The notes below the pieces were generated by a model. The model did no database searches. It was not told the DNA's origin and saw only the letters and a list, made by a program, of their open reading frames with translations. From assembly GCA_963787125.1 (NCBI GenBank), contig CAWBBV010000016.1, positions 64,001-128,000 on the forward strand: 64,000 nt of DNA, written 5' to 3'. Positions within the stretch are counted from its first letter, which is position 1. Each line of letters opens with the position of its first letter. Positions 9,516 through 21,838 of the stretch are shown piece by piece. Source of the stretch: an uncultured delta proteobacterium (GTDB taxonomy: Bacteria; Desulfobacterota; Desulfuromonadia; Geobacterales; DSM-12255). A program made the translations under genes and the position numbers.

Positions 9516-11510
9516 ATGCCAATATTCACCCTGAAATCCGACTATCAACCGCGTGGTGACCAGCCGCAGGCGATCTCTGAACTCGTCGCCGGGCTGCGGC
9601 GCGGAGACAGGCACCAGGTTCTGCTGGGGGTGACCGGCTCCGGCAAGACCTTCACCATGGCCAATGTCATCGCGGCAACTGATCGCCCGGCCCTCATTCT
9701 TGCCCCCAACAAGACCCTTGCAGCCCAGCTCTACGGCGAGTTCAAAGAGCTTTTCCCTGACAATGCCGTGGAATATTTTGTCTCCTATTACGATTACTAC
9801 CAACCCGAAGCCTATATCCCGACAACAGATACTTTTATTGAAAAAGATTCCGCCATAAACGACGAGATCGACAAACTGCGCCACTCGGCAACCCGAAGTC
9901 TTTTGACGAGGCACGACGTCATCATAGTCGCGTCGGTCTCCTGTATCTACGGCATCGGCTCACCGGCTGAATACGAGGCGATGCATATTTTTTTCAATCT
10001 GGGCGATGATTACGGCAGAGACAATCTCCTTCGCAAACTGGTTGAAATCCAGTACGAACGGAATGATGTTGATTTTCATCGCGGCACGTTCCGGGTTCGC
10101 GGTGACAATATCGAAATCTTTCCTGCCCACGATGACGAGAAGGCGATCAGGGTCGAATTTTTTGGTGATAACATCGAATCAATCTGCGAAATCGATCCAC
10201 TGCGGGGCATCATCCTCAATCGTATCACAAAATGTGCAATCTACCCGGCGTCACACTATGTTGCCACCAAGGAGACGCTCGAACGCGCCATTGAAGAGAT
10301 CAGAAATGACCTGCGAGAGCGCCTGCAGTGGTTCCGCGCCGAAAATATGCTGGTGGAAGCGCAGCGACTGGAACAGCGGGTCATGTTTGACCTGGAGATG
10401 ATGGAAGAGATGGGGTTTTGTCAGGGGATTGAAAACTACTCCCGCTACTTTGACAACAGAGAGGTGGGGGAGCCGCCATTCACTTTGATTGACTACTTTC
10501 CCGCTGATTTCATCCTTTTTGTGGATGAATCCCACATCACCAATTCCCAGGTCGGCGCTATGTACCGGGGAGACAGAAGCCGGAAAGATACTCTTGTCAA
10601 CTTCGGCTTCCGCCTGCCGGCAGCCCTTGACAACCGCCCGCTTAACTTCACCGAATTTGAAGCAAAACTGCGGCAGACAATTCATGTCTCTGCCACTCCG
10701 GCTGATTATGAGCTGCAGCAGGCAGAGGGGGTGGTGGTTGAACAGGTGATTCGTCCTACCGGGCTCCTCGACCCTATGATTGAGGTTCGCCCGGCCACCC
10801 TGCAGGTCGATGACCTTTTGCTGGAAATCCGTAAGACTGTTGAAAAAGGAGAGCGGATTCTGGTCACCACCCTCACAAAACGGATGTCTGAAGAGCTGAC
10901 AGAGTACTACCGGAACATCGGTGTCCGGGTAAAATATCTCCACTCGGACATTGACACCATCCAGAGGATGGAGATCATCCGCTCACTGCGACTGGGTGAA
11001 TTTGACGTCCTTGTGGGAATAAACCTGCTCAGGGAGGGGCTCGATCTACCAGAAGTCTCTCTGGTAGCCATCATGGATGCCGACAAGGAAGGGTTCCTCC
11101 GCTCACAGCGCTCCCTGATCCAGACCTGCGGCAGAGCCGCCAGAAATATAAACGGTCGGGTGATCATGTACGCCGACATCATTACCCGTTCCATGCAGGC
11201 GTGCCTTGATGAGACAAACAGGCGCAGGAAACTGCAGGAAGAATACAACCGCGCCAACAACATTACCCCCCGGACTGTACGCAAAGGGATTCGCACCATC
11301 CTTGAATCAATTGAGGAAAAGGATTACTACGAACTGCCACTTGCGGCTGAAGCGCAGGAAGAGTATCTGCCTCCAAAAGAACTTGCCCGACTGGTTAAAA
11401 AACTGCGTAAAGAGATGCTGGATGCAGCCAAGGAGCTTGATTTTGAGAAAGCAGCGGCTTTGCGTGATCGGGTTCGCAAGCTGGAATCTATGGAGTTGAA
11501 GCTTCGATGA
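9516..11510 (+). CDS. uvrB: Excinuclease ABC subunit B
   Basis: [32 protein letters not shown] and the C-terminal UVR domain. Confidence 0.98.
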   Translation: MPIFTLKSDYQPRGDQPQAISELVAGLRRGDRHQVLLGVTGSGKTFTMANVIAATDRPALILAPNKTLAAQLYGEFKELFPDNAVEYFVSYYDYYQPEAYIPTTDTFIEKDSAINDEIDKLRHSATRSLLTRHDVIIVASVSCIYGIGSPAEYEAMHIFFNLGDDYGRDNLLRKLVEIQYERNDVDFHRGTFRVRGDNIEIFPAHDDEKAIRVEFFGDNIESICEIDPLRGIILNRITKCAIYPASHYVATKETLERAIEEIRNDLRERLQWFRAENMLVEAQRLEQRVMFDLEMMEEMGFCQGIENYSRYFDNREVGEPPFTLIDYFPADFILFVDESHITNSQVGAMYRGDRSRKDTLVNFGFRLPAALDNRPLNFTEFEAKLRQTIHVSATPADYELQQAEGVVVEQVIRPTGLLDPMIEVRPATLQVDDLLLEIRKTVEKGERILVTTLTKRMSEELTEYYRNIGVRVKYLHSDIDTIQRMEIIRSLRLGEFDVLVGINLLREGLDLPEVSLVAIMDADKEGFLRSQRSLIQTCGRAARNINGRVIMYADIITRSMQACLDETNRRRKLQEEYNRANNITPRTVRKGIRTILESIEEKDYYELPLAAEAQEEYLPPKELARLVKKLRKEMLDAAKELDFEKAAALRDRVRKLESMELKLR

Positions 11511-12253
11511 AAACCGAGTCTTTAAACCTGAAAAGGCTCCTGGTACCGATTATAAATCTGTTTTTCCCGCCAGTTTGTCATCTCTGCAAGGAGTTCATTC
11601 CGGACGCAGGCGAGGTGAAGCTCTGCTTGAGCTGCCTGGCTAAAGCACCGCCGCTGGCGTCCCCCAAATGCTACTGCTGCAGTCAGCCGTTTGCAACGGT
11701 TGGCGGAATTGACCACCTCTGCGGCCTCTGCAGCGCTGACCCGCCCCCCTTTTCTACCGCCCGTGCCCCTCTTCTCTTTCAAGACACCACCAGAGAGCTT
11801 ATCCACCAGTTCAAATACGGCAAAAGAGTTATGCTCCGCAAACCGCTTGGCCTCCTTGCCGCAGCTTATCTGGACAATTTTGCCGGCGAATTCGGCGCGG
11901 ACCTTATTCTGCCCGTGCCGCTGCATGTCAAAAGACTCCGGCAGCGAGGCTTTAATCAGGCGATTCTGCTGGGAGAGATTTTTTCCAAAAGATGGGGGGT
12001 GGCGCTGTCAAGGAACAATCTGAGGAGGACAAGATGGACGGAACCACAGGTGAATCTGGGGGCAGCAGAGCGGGCAGCCAATGTAAAAGGGGCATTTGCG
12101 ATTACGGCTACGACGGAAATAGCCGGCAAGAAAATTTTTCTGGTTGACGATGTCTACACAACCGGCAGCACAGCCAAAGAGTGCTGCCGCATTCTTATGA
12201 AAGCGGGCGCTGCCGAAGTAGCGGTGCTGACGATTGCCAGAAGCGCAAGCTGA
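11507..12253 (+). CDS. comF: ComF family protein (double zinc ribbon plus PRTase)
   Basis: Four CxxC pairs, RGFNQA and [10 protein letters not shown]. Confidence 0.88.
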   Translation: MKTESLNLKRLLVPIINLFFPPVCHLCKEFIPDAGEVKLCLSCLAKAPPLASPKCYCCSQPFATVGGIDHLCGLCSADPPPFSTARAPLLFQDTTRELIHQFKYGKRVMLRKPLGLLAAAYLDNFAGEFGADLILPVPLHVKRLRQRGFNQAILLGEIFSKRWGVALSRNNLRRTRWTEPQVNLGAAERAANVKGAFAITATTEIAGKKIFLVDDVYTTGSTAKECCRILMKAGAAEVAVLTIARSAS

Positions 12254-12277
12254 TACTTTGCTGGTGCTACTTCAGCC

Positions 12278-12835
12278 TTAATATACGCTAAGCACATTCG
12301 GCGATTTTACACCCTTGAAATCCACATAGTACACATCTACCTGCATTGAATTTCTGTTAATGTTGACAACAACAGTTCCCTTGGCATTAGCATTGGTTAC
12401 ATAGCTCGCGTAAGGATATTGGGTGTTATTGTAACTGATGAAAATAGCGGGGTTCTTGAATGCAGCGGTAATTGAAGTCGAATTAAGAACTACCTTACTG
12501 TTTGAGAACGGGTTCTTGTGTCCGTAAGAGTTTGAATTGGTTAAACCCTTTTCCCAGATCTCCAGAAGCGCGGCATTCAGGTAGGCAGAGTTGTACTTCC
12601 CTTTAACTTTGGCCGTTGTAGTATAGCGGTGCGCAAGGTCAAAATTGCCGTTTATGCCGGAGACTTCCTGATGAAGATATCTCATCATTGCTGTGAGCTT
12701 TACGATTTTAGCCCTCTCGATATACTTGCCCATTGTCAGCATCGCGACCGATGAAAGAATTGCAATTATTCCAATCGTAACGAGCAGTTCTACCAGGGTA
12801 AACCCGGCCTTCGCATAATTTCGGTTTCTGTTCAT
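12278..12835 (-). CDS. Type IV pilin/pseudopilin
   Basis: Class III signal AG|FTLVELLVTIGIIAIL with E at +5. Confidence 0.9.
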   Translation of the reverse strand: MNRNRNYAKAGFTLVELLVTIGIIAILSSVAMLTMGKYIERAKIVKLTAMMRYLHQEVSGINGNFDLAHRYTTTAKVKGKYNSAYLNAALLEIWEKGLTNSNSYGHKNPFSNSKVVLNSTSITAAFKNPAIFISYNNTQYPYASYVTNANAKGTVVVNINRNSMQVDVYYVDFKGVKSPNVLSVY

Positions 12836-13536
12836 TGGATCACCTCCGGCGCGTTTTCCCCAACGACTCTCAATACCTTTAAGGGCGGGTCATGACGCTC
12901 AGGTGTCGGACATGAAATAATCCTTGCTGAACCTGCTGAACTGAATTTGTACGTTTCTCCACTGACAGGACAAAGCAGCTCAGGTTTACTCGAAATTTTT
13001 CCCATAAAAAACAGCTGATATTCGACCAGATTCCCCATACAGAGAGCTGTGTCCCTTGGCTGCCCAGGGAATGGATCTGCTGCTTCCTTCAGAGGCCTAG
13101 TCAGTTTGAACATTGAGTACGCATTAAAGCCTATTACCCCAATGGCAAGCACAAGCACCAGAATCAAAAATACTGTTGCAGCTGTACTCCGTTTTTTTTC
13201 CATCTTTTTATGCACAACCCCTAGTTTGTCTTCGATAATACTCTGCTGAAGAACAGGGTCTGCAAGATGCAGGGTTTTTATGAGCCCTTGTAATTTCTCT
13301 CCAAACTTCTCAGTCTCATCCTCATCTAACCTGATAAAGGGCTTATTTGTGACCGACGGATTCATTTCCAGAAAGATAATTCCATCACAATCAGAGAGCT
13401 GCTCATCGCTGACTGAACGTTCATAGGCACAGATGGAGTAGGTAAGAGTTTTCAGCTGAATCTCTTTTTCCAGAAGTTCGTATAGTTTACTCCAAACTTC
13501 GCTGCCAGGATCCATCCCGACTACATTGATCTTCAT
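12832..13536 (-). CDS. Hypothetical bitopic membrane protein with Cys-containing pilin-like C-terminal domain
   Basis: Soluble N-terminal domain, one TM after KKR, then LCMGNL...CPVSGETY...ISCPTPERH. Confidence 0.7.
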   Translation of the reverse strand: MKINVVGMDPGSEVWSKLYELLEKEIQLKTLTYSICAYERSVSDEQLSDCDGIIFLEMNPSVTNKPFIRLDEDETEKFGEKLQGLIKTLHLADPVLQQSIIEDKLGVVHKKMEKKRSTAATVFLILVLVLAIGVIGFNAYSMFKLTRPLKEAADPFPGQPRDTALCMGNLVEYQLFFMGKISSKPELLCPVSGETYKFSSAGSARIISCPTPERHDPPLKVLRVVGENAPEVIQ

Positions 13537-13568
13537 AATTTCCTCTCCGTCGATGTAATATTAGAGCC

Positions 13569-15506
13569 TCACTTAATGCATACTCTCCGTATTTCATGGA
13601 TATCGGTCAACCCCTGCATCACCTTCAGGATTCCGTCTTGCTTAAGAGTTGTCATTCCGCCATCTATGGACTGCGCCCGGATAACATCTGTCGATACTTT
13701 GGCCTTTATGGAAATTTTCATGGCATCACTTGTCACCAGAAGTTCGTGGATGCCGAGTCTGCCCCTGTAGCCACTGGAATTGCAGTTATCACAACCACAA
13801 GCCTTTGCCAATTGCACTCTGTCTCGGTCTACACCAGACAAGGTAAATGCCTCGAAACCATATTCATTGACAAGCTCACTCCACTCATCGTCATCAGGGG
13901 TGTACTTTACTTTGCATTTATCGCAAAGCCTGCGCGTAAGGCGCTGGGCGAGGATGCAAAGGAGTGAATCGGCAAAGCCGAACGGATCTATTCCCATTTC
14001 CAGCAGACGGGTTAGTGTCTCAGGAGCAGAGTTCGTGTGCAGCGTTGAAAAGACAAGATGCCCTGTAAGAGATGATTCTACTGCGATGGCAGCGGTTTCT
14101 TCATCTCTCATCTCACCGACCATTATGACATCAGGATCGAGTCTCAGAAAAGATCGGAGAGCTGCTGCAAAGGTAAGTCCTATCCTGTGATTCACCTGGA
14201 CCTGTCGAAGACCCAGCTGTGTTATCTCCACAGGGTCTTCGACTGTCCAGATCTTAACTTTCGGAGTATTTATCGTGGCAATTGCCGAATGGAGAGTCGT
14301 AGTTTTTCCTGAACCAGTCGGGCCTACCACAAGAATCAGCCCATAAGGCTGATGGATGGCATTGTCAAACTCACGCAGATTTCGATCAGTCAAGCCGAGA
14401 TGCTTGTACTCAACCGGATCAGAGTTGTTCAAAAGCCTCAAGACCACATCCTCCATACCTCCGACGGTGGGCATGGTGGCAAGTCTCAATTCAATGTCTG
14501 CGGGTCCGAATTTCTTGAAATCTATCTTCCCATCCTGCGGTTTGCGTCTTTCCGAGATATCAAGATCAGCCATTATCTTGAGTCGTGACGGAATTGAGTA
14601 TTTGTACCTGGACGGAATCTTATCATAGACCTCACAGCAGCCATCAACTCTCATCCTGACGATCATATCCCCTTTTTCTGGTGACGGCTCGATATGAATA
14701 TCTGACGCCCGCCTGGTCCAGGCATCATAAATTATTTTATTGATCATTTTTGCAACCAGACTGTCCGTCTCGGTTACAACCCTGGTATCTTTCTCTTCTT
14801 CAGGGGCTTCCACCTCTCCCGCCACAAGCTCCTGTATCGAGTTAGCCAGAGTCGCTCTATTTCCTTTAACAGGAGTCGAGGTCACTTCAGGAGTCACTGT
14901 GGCGGAATAAAGCTGCTGTGTTTTAATAATCTCGTCTTCGGGGGCAATGACGATTTCCACCTTCAGCTTCAAATGGTCTTCAAGCCGAAGCAGCTCCTTC
15001 GGCTCTAAAGGCCTGGACATTGCGATGGTAACTTTCCGGCCATCAAGGGCAACCGGGACAAGCTTCCGATCACCGATCACAAAAGAGATGATGGATTTGG
15101 CAAGACCGATTTTGATGTCAGGAAGATTGCCGCTCAAGTGAATAAATGGAAGCCCGGAGTAGATAGAAATTGCCTTTGCAAGCGATTCCGAATTAAGGAA
15201 ATCCAGGTTAAGCAACACCTTGAAGAGTGAAATGTGCTCACTCAGACTCATATCGTAGGCAAGATCCAACTCATCATTGGTAACAAACTTGTAGTTAAGC
15301 AGGACTTCTCCAAATTTTTGCCGTCTTTCGTATTGATCAAGAGCCATTTGGAGGGCCGGCTCCTTCAGATAACCGAGACTGATGAGAATAGCGCCAAGCT
15401 TATCATTCGCTCTCGAGTCTCTCTGTATTGCGAGCGCTTCGTTTAGCTGCTCATCAGTAATCATCCTGAATTCAAGCAGGATTTCGCCCAACAGCCTCTG
15501 TTTCAT
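13569..15506 (-). CDS. PilB/GspE family assembly ATPase with N-terminal MshEN repeats
   Basis: RLLGEILL...LNEALAIQ, KLGAIL and KFGEVLL; ASDIHIEP; GPTGSGKTT; VEDPVE; GEMRD; LHTN; tetracysteine motif. Confidence 0.93.
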   Translation of the reverse strand: MKQRLLGEILLEFRMITDEQLNEALAIQRDSRANDKLGAILISLGYLKEPALQMALDQYERRQKFGEVLLNYKFVTNDELDLAYDMSLSEHISLFKVLLNLDFLNSESLAKAISIYSGLPFIHLSGNLPDIKIGLAKSIISFVIGDRKLVPVALDGRKVTIAMSRPLEPKELLRLEDHLKLKVEIVIAPEDEIIKTQQLYSATVTPEVTSTPVKGNRATLANSIQELVAGEVEAPEEEKDTRVVTETDSLVAKMINKIIYDAWTRRASDIHIEPSPEKGDMIVRMRVDGCCEVYDKIPSRYKYSIPSRLKIMADLDISERRKPQDGKIDFKKFGPADIELRLATMPTVGGMEDVVLRLLNNSDPVEYKHLGLTDRNLREFDNAIHQPYGLILVVGPTGSGKTTTLHSAIATINTPKVKIWTVEDPVEITQLGLRQVQVNHRIGLTFAAALRSFLRLDPDVIMVGEMRDEETAAIAVESSLTGHLVFSTLHTNSAPETLTRLLEMGIDPFGFADSLLCILAQRLTRRLCDKCKVKYTPDDDEWSELVNEYGFEAFTLSGVDRDRVQLAKACGCDNCNSSGYRGRLGIHELLVTSDAMKISIKAKVSTDVIRAQSIDGGMTTLKQDGILKVMQGLTDIHEIRRVCIK

Positions 15507-15546
15507 CTCACTTTCCCTTTATGCACAAAATATTTATTCGCCATTA

Positions 15547-15927
15547 CTATAATTGCTGTGCTGATGCTTCAGGGGTATTCTCGTTGAGCCTCGCAAGCAT
15601 ATACTCGAAAGCGTTCACACGTGAAGCCATGACAACAATCTTCTGATCAGCCCGAGTCATGGTAAAGAGTTTTTGCACGTTGTCCCTGAGCCCGCAGCAA
15701 ACAAGTTTGCCTGAGCAGGCGGCCAAATCTCTGGCGGTGGAGATGCATAGTCCAAGGCCGGAGCTGTCGACGAAATCAACTCTGGAGAGGTCAAAAACTA
15801 TATAGATGTACTTTTTGTCAACAAGCTTCTGCACCTGGCTCTTAAGCTCCTCAAGTGTGCTTGCTACGAGACTCCCCACCAGTTTCAGAAAAATGATGTC
15901 ACTATCAACTTCAACTTTAATCTCCAT
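15547..15927 (-). CDS. STAS-domain anti-sigma factor antagonist
   Basis: DLSRVDFVDSSGLG with the phospho-acceptor Ser. Confidence 0.92.
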   Translation of the reverse strand: MEIKVEVDSDIIFLKLVGSLVASTLEELKSQVQKLVDKKYIYIVFDLSRVDFVDSSGLGLCISTARDLAACSGKLVCCGLRDNVQKLFTMTRADQKIVVMASRVNAFEYMLARLNENTPEASAQQL

Positions 15928-15935
15928 AAGTCCCC

Positions 15936-16358
15936 CTATCTTTCTGTTGAAAATAGTTTTGCAACGACTGTAACATTCTTGCCATCCTGGAATTTATAAC
16001 TGAACTCATCTGAAAGCTGTTCTATGATTGCAAGCCCATAGCCACCCTCAGGAAGATCATCTTTTTCGTCAAAATCCGGCATTTTTGCTTTTCTGGCAGT
16101 CGGATCGAACGCCACCCCGTCAGTCTTCAGGGTAAACAGAGCCTTAGCAGCTTCCAGCTTGAGTTCACCTTCTATGCAGACGCAACGACCATGCTCAACA
16201 GCATTATTGACAAGCTCGCTGACAACCTGGCAAAACTCGTCAATCCTCGAGTCTTCACCTGAACCAAGCCTTATCGCAAGCTCTTCTTTAACTTTTTTAC
16301 GAATAATTTCGGTACTGCTGAACTCTGGCTTTATGGAGAACAGGACTTTATTTTCCAT
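15936..16358 (-). CDS. RsbW/SpoIIAB-like anti-sigma factor Ser kinase
   Basis: GHKL boxes ELVNNAVEH, DGVAFDP and GGYGL. Start set at ATG 16358. Confidence 0.88.
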   Translation of the reverse strand: MENKVLFSIKPEFSSTEIIRKKVKEELAIRLGSGEDSRIDEFCQVVSELVNNAVEHGRCVCIEGELKLEAAKALFTLKTDGVAFDPTARKAKMPDFDEKDDLPEGGYGLAIIEQLSDEFSYKFQDGKNVTVVAKLFSTER

Positions 16359-17520
16359 GCGTGGCACCGTCTGACTGCTGCTGAGCATCGAGCGAAATGG
16401 CAAAGATCGTCAGATCATCTTCAAACGCTCCACCACAGAACGAATCAGCTAGATTGAAAACTTTTTCGAGCATCGCCTCAACAGTGAAAGAAGCATCAAC
16501 CTCAGAGAAAATCTCTTCTGAACAATATGATCCTTCAGCATTTTTTACTTCAATCAAACCATCGGTATAAAGAAGAATTTTATCACCTGCCGCCAGCTGG
16601 TATTCAGCAACACCCCAGCTGTCAGCCAGATCCCAGCCGAGCGGCGGGCCGGTTGCATCCATCTGGATCATTGAAGACGAATTGTAAAGATAGGCCGGAT
16701 TGTGTCCTGCCGATGCAACCTTGAGACGCTGACTGCACTTGTCGTATACCAGATAGATCATCGTAAGGTACATGCCACTGTCCGAAAGCATTTTGACGAG
16801 AGTTCGGTTGGCCTCTGCGATAATCTCCGCCGGATCGCTCTTCCCGTTGCCGATGGTCATGAAAAGACCCTTGCAGACTGCCATGAAAAGTGCTGCTGAA
16901 ATACTGTGCCCGGAGATATCTCCAACCAGAAAATGCGCCTTATCCCCATCAAGCCAGCCGTCGAAAAAATCCCCGCCGATCTCGTCTGACGGCCTGAAAT
17001 ACACCGCCGTACTGAATCCGGGCAAGTTGATCTGTTCCGGCAGAATTTTCTCCAAGAGGCGATGCGCCAAAATCCGCTCTTTTTCAAGGGTCGCATTTTT
17101 TGCCATCAGCTCTTTCCCAATATTTAGCAGCATATCCCTGCCATGCTTCAGCTCAAGATGATTCTTGATTCTCGCCTTGACAATAGGGGGGCTGATAGGT
17201 TTCGTCAAATAATCGATTGCCCCGATTTCAAGCCCTTTGGTTTCATCCTCCTCCTCACCCATTGCCGTGACAAAGACCACCGGAATTGACTCTGTCGCCG
17301 GATCTGCTTTCAATAGCGAGCAGGTTTCATAGCCGTCCATATCCGGCATCATGATGTCAAGCAGGATGATGTCTGGCTGCTCCCTCCTGGCAATCTCAAT
17401 CCCGGCAGATCCTGAAGTCGCGAAAAAAATCTCATACTCCAGCTGAAATATCTCGTTAAGTATCTGAATATTCGCCACAGTATCGTCAATTATCAAAATC
17501 TTAAACTGGCGCTCTTGCAT
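16348..17520 (-). CDS. Response regulator with PP2C/SpoIIE phosphatase output
   Basis: REC domain (IIDD, LLDIMMP, KP) plus GGDFF, GDISGH, SAGH, YTDG and DDLT. Confidence 0.93.
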   Translation of the reverse strand: MQERQFKILIIDDTVANIQILNEIFQLEYEIFFATSGSAGIEIARREQPDIILLDIMMPDMDGYETCSLLKADPATESIPVVFVTAMGEEEDETKGLEIGAIDYLTKPISPPIVKARIKNHLELKHGRDMLLNIGKELMAKNATLEKERILAHRLLEKILPEQINLPGFSTAVYFRPSDEIGGDFFDGWLDGDKAHFLVGDISGHSISAALFMAVCKGLFMTIGNGKSDPAEIIAEANRTLVKMLSDSGMYLTMIYLVYDKCSQRLKVASAGHNPAYLYNSSSMIQMDATGPPLGWDLADSWGVAEYQLAAGDKILLYTDGLIEVKNAEGSYCSEEIFSEVDASFTVEAMLEKVFNLADSFCGGAFEDDLTIFAISLDAQQQSDGATHGK

Positions 17521-17524
17521 ACTT

Positions 17525-20500
17525 TTAGTCCTGTTCAATTGTTATGTTCAAAATCTCGGCGATATTATCGAGAACACTTTTTGCTTCTTTGAAATTGAGA
17601 TTATTCACCCCGGCCTCCAGCTTTTCGAGCTGAGCATGAAGAGCGGCAGAAGCAAGCAGCTGCTTGAGTTTTTTGAAAACAGTGCAGGCTTCAAGATTGT
17701 TTTTGCGCAGATGCAGCGACAGCTCATTGACGACTGCGGCAATTAGTTCAGACGGAACCGCCTCCATGTCAGCTTCATTACTCAGCGGCATAAATTCATC
17801 CGGCGGCATATCATCAATGAACCCCAGGGTCTTGTTCAGCTCTGCCAGCTTGGCCGCCAGCTCTTTAATCAGAGGGGATAAATCATCACTACTCTCTTTT
17901 GCCAGCGCGTCCTCAAGCGCTGCCGCAACTGCGCCGGTCTCCTCGGCACCGACTGTTCGCGCCAGCCCCTTTAAAGTGTGAGCGATTCTTCTGGCTATCA
18001 GAGTTTCACCTTTTTCAACAGCATCACTTATTATCCGGTCGTCTTCCGCATGGAGTCGCCGGAACTCTTTAAGAACAGTTAGCAAAATTTGCTGACTGCC
18101 AAGCCTCTTCAGCGCCTTGTCAAGATCAATCCCCGGGGTACTCTCCGGGAAGTTTACCCCATTTCTCTCCGGCGGGACAACCGCTTCTATACTGATTTGC
18201 GGTATGTCACTTTCCGGTTTAAACCAGCGGTGAAGGGTCGAAAAGAGCTCCGCCACGTCAATCGGCTTTGCCACATGATCATTCATACCGGCCGCCAGGC
18301 AGCGTTCCCTGTCACTTGTCATGGCGCTGGCCGTCATGGCTATAATCGGCAGCTCCTTGTGCTTTTTACTTGCACGGATCATTCTGGTTGCTTCAAAACC
18401 ATCCATGACCGGCATCTGCAAATCCATCAGAACGGCATCATAGATACTTTCCGCCGAAACCAGCATCTGCACGCCAACAGCGCCGTTAGCAGCGATATCC
18501 AGTTCGATTCCCCATCTTTCCAGAATCCCTCGTGCGACCTCCTGATTGATAATATTGTCCTCAACCAGAAGGAGACGCCGCCCTTTGAAATAGTCTTCGA
18601 CCGCTATTGACTCCGCCTCTTCAGCTATCAGCCTGTCGCCGCGACCTGTGGCTGCCATGATTGCGTAGAGGAGCTGTGTCGACACTGTCGGCTTAATAAC
18701 AGTTGAAAAATTGCTGTCGTAACTTTCGCCCCCTGAAAGTTTCCGGTCATTTGTGAAAAGCAGCTTCGGAACCCCGGCAAATACCTGCAACGCAGCTATT
18801 TTATTAATAGCTTCGAGATTGATATCATCAGCAATCGAAACATCGACGAGAATCAGATCATACTCAGCCTCTTTAATCTTTGACGCTTCTATTGCACTCA
18901 TGGAACTGACCAGAATCTCAAATGAGGAGAGCATTTTTGCTGTTGCAAGACTCCCCTTGCCGCCGCCATTGACATGAAGCAGCCGCAGACCTGCGAGCGC
19001 CTGAAAGCTCTCGGCCAGAGACTCAGTATGTCCGGTTTCAAGAGCAAAGTTAGCAGAAAAGGCAAAGACGCTCCCCACCTCCGGCTCTGACTCCACGGTA
19101 ATATCTCCGCCCATTAGTTCAACAAGCTGCTTGCTGATTGTGAGACCGAGGCCGGTTCCGCCAAAGCGCCTGGTTGTTGATGAATCCGCCTGACTGAAAG
19201 CACTGAACAGCCGATCCTTCTGCTCCTCAGTCATGCCGATCCCTGTATCTTCAACCGAAAACCTGATGCGTACTTTTTCAGCAGTTATCGCCTCAAGTGA
19301 GACAGATACCAATACCTCCCCTTTATCGGTAAACTTGATCGCGTTACTGACAAGGTTAAGCAGCACCTGCCCGAGCCGAAGCGGATCACCGTTGAGAAAA
19401 TCCGGAATATCGGCTGAGGTGGAAATGACAAGATCAACTCTTTTTGTGCCGATGTTGGCCGGGGCTATGTCGGTCAGCTTTGTCAGCACTTCACTGAGCA
19501 GAAACGGGATCGTTTCCATCTGCAGCCGTCCGGCCTCAATCTTCGAAAAATCCAGAATATCATTGATTATTTTGAGCAATGACTTGGCAGCCCCGTCAGC
19601 TTTCAGCACATAACCCTTCTGCTTGTCATTCAGCCCGGTCTGCTGCACAAGATAGAGCATTCCGATGACGGCATTCATCGGTGTTCGGATTTCGTGGCTC
19701 ATATTGGCCAGAAAAGAGCTCTTGGCAATGGTCGCCGCTTCAGCCTGAGCTTTGGCTCGTTGCAGCTCTGCATAAGCTCTTTTCTGCTCGGTGATATCCT
19801 CCTTCACCGCAACAAAGTGGGTAATCTCGTTGTCGCTGTTCCTGACTGGAGATATGGACGCGGACTCCCATAGAATTTCACCGTTCTTCTTTTTATTGCA
19901 GAGTTCGCCGTGCCATTCGAAACCGCCGCTGATTAAATCCCAGAGTGCGACATAATATTCAGGGGAGTGTAGCCCTGACTTGAGTATTCTGGGATTCTGA
20001 CCGATTGCTTCGGCAGCTGTATATCCGGTTATCTTCGTGAAGCACGGATTCACATATTCGATAATTCCTTTAGTGTCAGTTATGACAATTGTCACCGGGG
20101 ACTGTTCGACAGCCAGTGAGAGCTTTCTCAGGAGCGCCTCTGCACCGCGATGCTCCTCCTTGAGCCTGATTGCCACCACGGCGTAAGCCAGATTTTCCGT
20201 AAGTTCTGTAAGGAGCGCCACCTCTTCTGCGTCAAAAACATCCTCTCCCAGGCTGAAAATCTCCAGAGCGCCAACGATACTCCCTTCTCCCCATAACGGG
20301 ATGGCAAGCGCCGCCAGGTTGTCGTCCTCACCGCTATCCTCACTTATCCCTTTTATGGAGCGCTCAAGGGTTACACCTTCAGACTGGATCGCCCTTGAAG
20401 CAATACTGCTCACCCTGCTTTCAGCCCTTGACCAGGTGTTATCAACTGATTGCGCGTCTTCAAGACAGTATTCTGCTACGGTTGTCAGACTACCGTCATA

Positions 20501-21655
20501 ATTCAGAACTACGCACGCGGTCTTGTACCCCCCCACCTCCACAAGGTGTCTGCAGATTGCGCTAAAAAGAGAGGCCTCTTCGGTGAACTGCATGAGGACT
20601 TCATGACTCTTGCCCAACACTGTCAGAGTACGATTCATCCGGCGGAGTTCACTTTCCGCCCGGGCAAGCTGAGTCACCTCACTTCTAATCTCGGAAGTGC
20701 TTTTGGCAACTTTTCTCCGCAAGGCAATATTCCAGATAACGATAAAGATAACCGTCAGGAGACCGCCGCCAATGCCGGCAGCTACCCAGAATTTACGGCT
20801 CAGGAAAATCGTATCTTTTTCCCCCGAGACCCATTTTTCATTGATAGTTTTTTTCTCTTTTTCGGGAATTGCTGCCAGTGCTTTCGAGAGGATACTCCCC
20901 AGCTCAGGCCAGTCGTTTCTACTGGAAAAACAGAAATTGTAAAGGTATCCGGCATCGCCGGCTATTGCCAGATTGGTTATCTTTTCCTGGGCGATATAGT
21001 ATGACGCTCTTGATATCTCCATGACGGCAGCATAAGTTTCACCGAAAGATACCGCCTCAAGGGCAGAAATTTCATCTCTGAACGGCACCATCTTTATTTC
21101 CGGATAGTTTTTTTCAATATATTTATAAACCGCAGTCCCTTCAACGGCGGCAACCTTCAACCCCGCCATCTCCGTAAGTTTCAGCTGCACATTCTCAAGC
21201 TCTTTTCTGATGATAATTTTGTTATGGAGCTGGATATAAGGCGGAGTGAAGTCGAGGAAGGAGGTACGATCAAGAGTGATTGTACCGGTAACGATTATGT
21301 CTACCGCCCTGCTTTTTGTCTCATCAATCAGTTTTTGCCAGCTGGGGTAGTAGACAAGGGTAAAGCGGATCCCGAGAAGTTTTTCGACCCGCTCGATATA
21401 ATCGATGCTGAGACCCTGATACCCCTCACCTTTTTCACCTTTCATAATCAGTGGCGGAGTTTCTCGAATACCAATCCGCAAACCCTGGTGCCCATCCAGC
21501 CACTTCTGCTCTTCCGCCGTCAGGTTAAGGGCCGGTGCTGCTGCGGCTGTTAACTGTTCGGCCGAGATCAACAGCATAATTCCGGTCAGAAGTAACGGCA
21601 AAAAGCCTCTTCCCAACCAGCTACTGACCATGACCATTAACCGGCTCGCCACCAT
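17525..21655 (-). CDS. Hybrid sensor histidine kinase (periplasmic solute-binding, GAF, PAS, HisKA/HATPase, degenerate REC, REC, HPt)
   Basis: [41 protein letters not shown] and AHTLKG. Confidence 0.95.
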   Translation of the reverse strand: MVASRLMVMVSSWLGRGFLPLLLTGIMLLISAEQLTAAAAPALNLTAEEQKWLDGHQGLRIGIRETPPLIMKGEKGEGYQGLSIDYIERVEKLLGIRFTLVYYPSWQKLIDETKSRAVDIIVTGTITLDRTSFLDFTPPYIQLHNKIIIRKELENVQLKLTEMAGLKVAAVEGTAVYKYIEKNYPEIKMVPFRDEISALEAVSFGETYAAVMEISRASYYIAQEKITNLAIAGDAGYLYNFCFSSRNDWPELGSILSKALAAIPEKEKKTINEKWVSGEKDTIFLSRKFWVAAGIGGGLLTVIFIVIWNIALRRKVAKSTSEIRSEVTQLARAESELRRMNRTLTVLGKSHEVLMQFTEEASLFSAICRHLVEVGGYKTACVVLNYDGSLTTVAEYCLEDAQSVDNTWSRAESRVSSIASRAIQSEGVTLERSIKGISEDSGEDDNLAALAIPLWGEGSIVGALEIFSLGEDVFDAEEVALLTELTENLAYAVVAIRLKEEHRGAEALLRKLSLAVEQSPVTIVITDTKGIIEYVNPCFTKITGYTAAEAIGQNPRILKSGLHSPEYYVALWDLISGGFEWHGELCNKKKNGEILWESASISPVRNSDNEITHFVAVKEDITEQKRAYAELQRAKAQAEAATIAKSSFLANMSHEIRTPMNAVIGMLYLVQQTGLNDKQKGYVLKADGAAKSLLKIINDILDFSKIEAGRLQMETIPFLLSEVLTKLTDIAPANIGTKRVDLVISTSADIPDFLNGDPLRLGQVLLNLVSNAIKFTDKGEVLVSVSLEAITAEKVRIRFSVEDTGIGMTEEQKDRLFSAFSQADSSTTRRFGGTGLGLTISKQLVELMGGDITVESEPEVGSVFAFSANFALETGHTESLAESFQALAGLRLLHVNGGGKGSLATAKMLSSFEILVSSMSAIEASKIKEAEYDLILVDVSIADDINLEAINKIAALQVFAGVPKLLFTNDRKLSGGESYDSNFSTVIKPTVSTQLLYAIMAATGRGDRLIAEEAESIAVEDYFKGRRLLLVEDNIINQEVARGILERWGIELDIAANGAVGVQMLVSAESIYDAVLMDLQMPVMDGFEATRMIRASKKHKELPIIAMTASAMTSDRERCLAAGMNDHVAKPIDVAELFSTLHRWFKPESDIPQISIEAVVPPERNGVNFPESTPGIDLDKALKRLGSQQILLTVLKEFRRLHAEDDRIISDAVEKGETLIARRIAHTLKGLARTVGAEETGAVAAALEDALAKESSDDLSPLIKELAAKLAELNKTLGFIDDMPPDEFMPLSNEADMEAVPSELIAAVVNELSLHLRKNNLEACTVFKKLKQLLASAALHAQLEKLEAGVNNLNFKEAKSVLDNIAEILNITIEQD

Positions 21656-21838
21656 AACAACTCCTGCTTAAAACCAGAGAATGTGCACCTGAATGAAATC
21701 TACCAGAATTAATTACAACTACAACCCGGCTTCATGAATATTTGCGGAGAAAAAACATTTACTTGTAAAACGGCATTTGATTTGTTATGCTTCGTGGCGG
21801 GCAAGAGATATTAATCGCTTGTAATTACGGAGAAAATA

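Noticed and set aside
12278..12835. Pilin as a short Geobacter PilA-N type pilin
   Set aside because: The mature protein is about 174 aa with a full globular domain and is not in the pilBTC-pilSR context.
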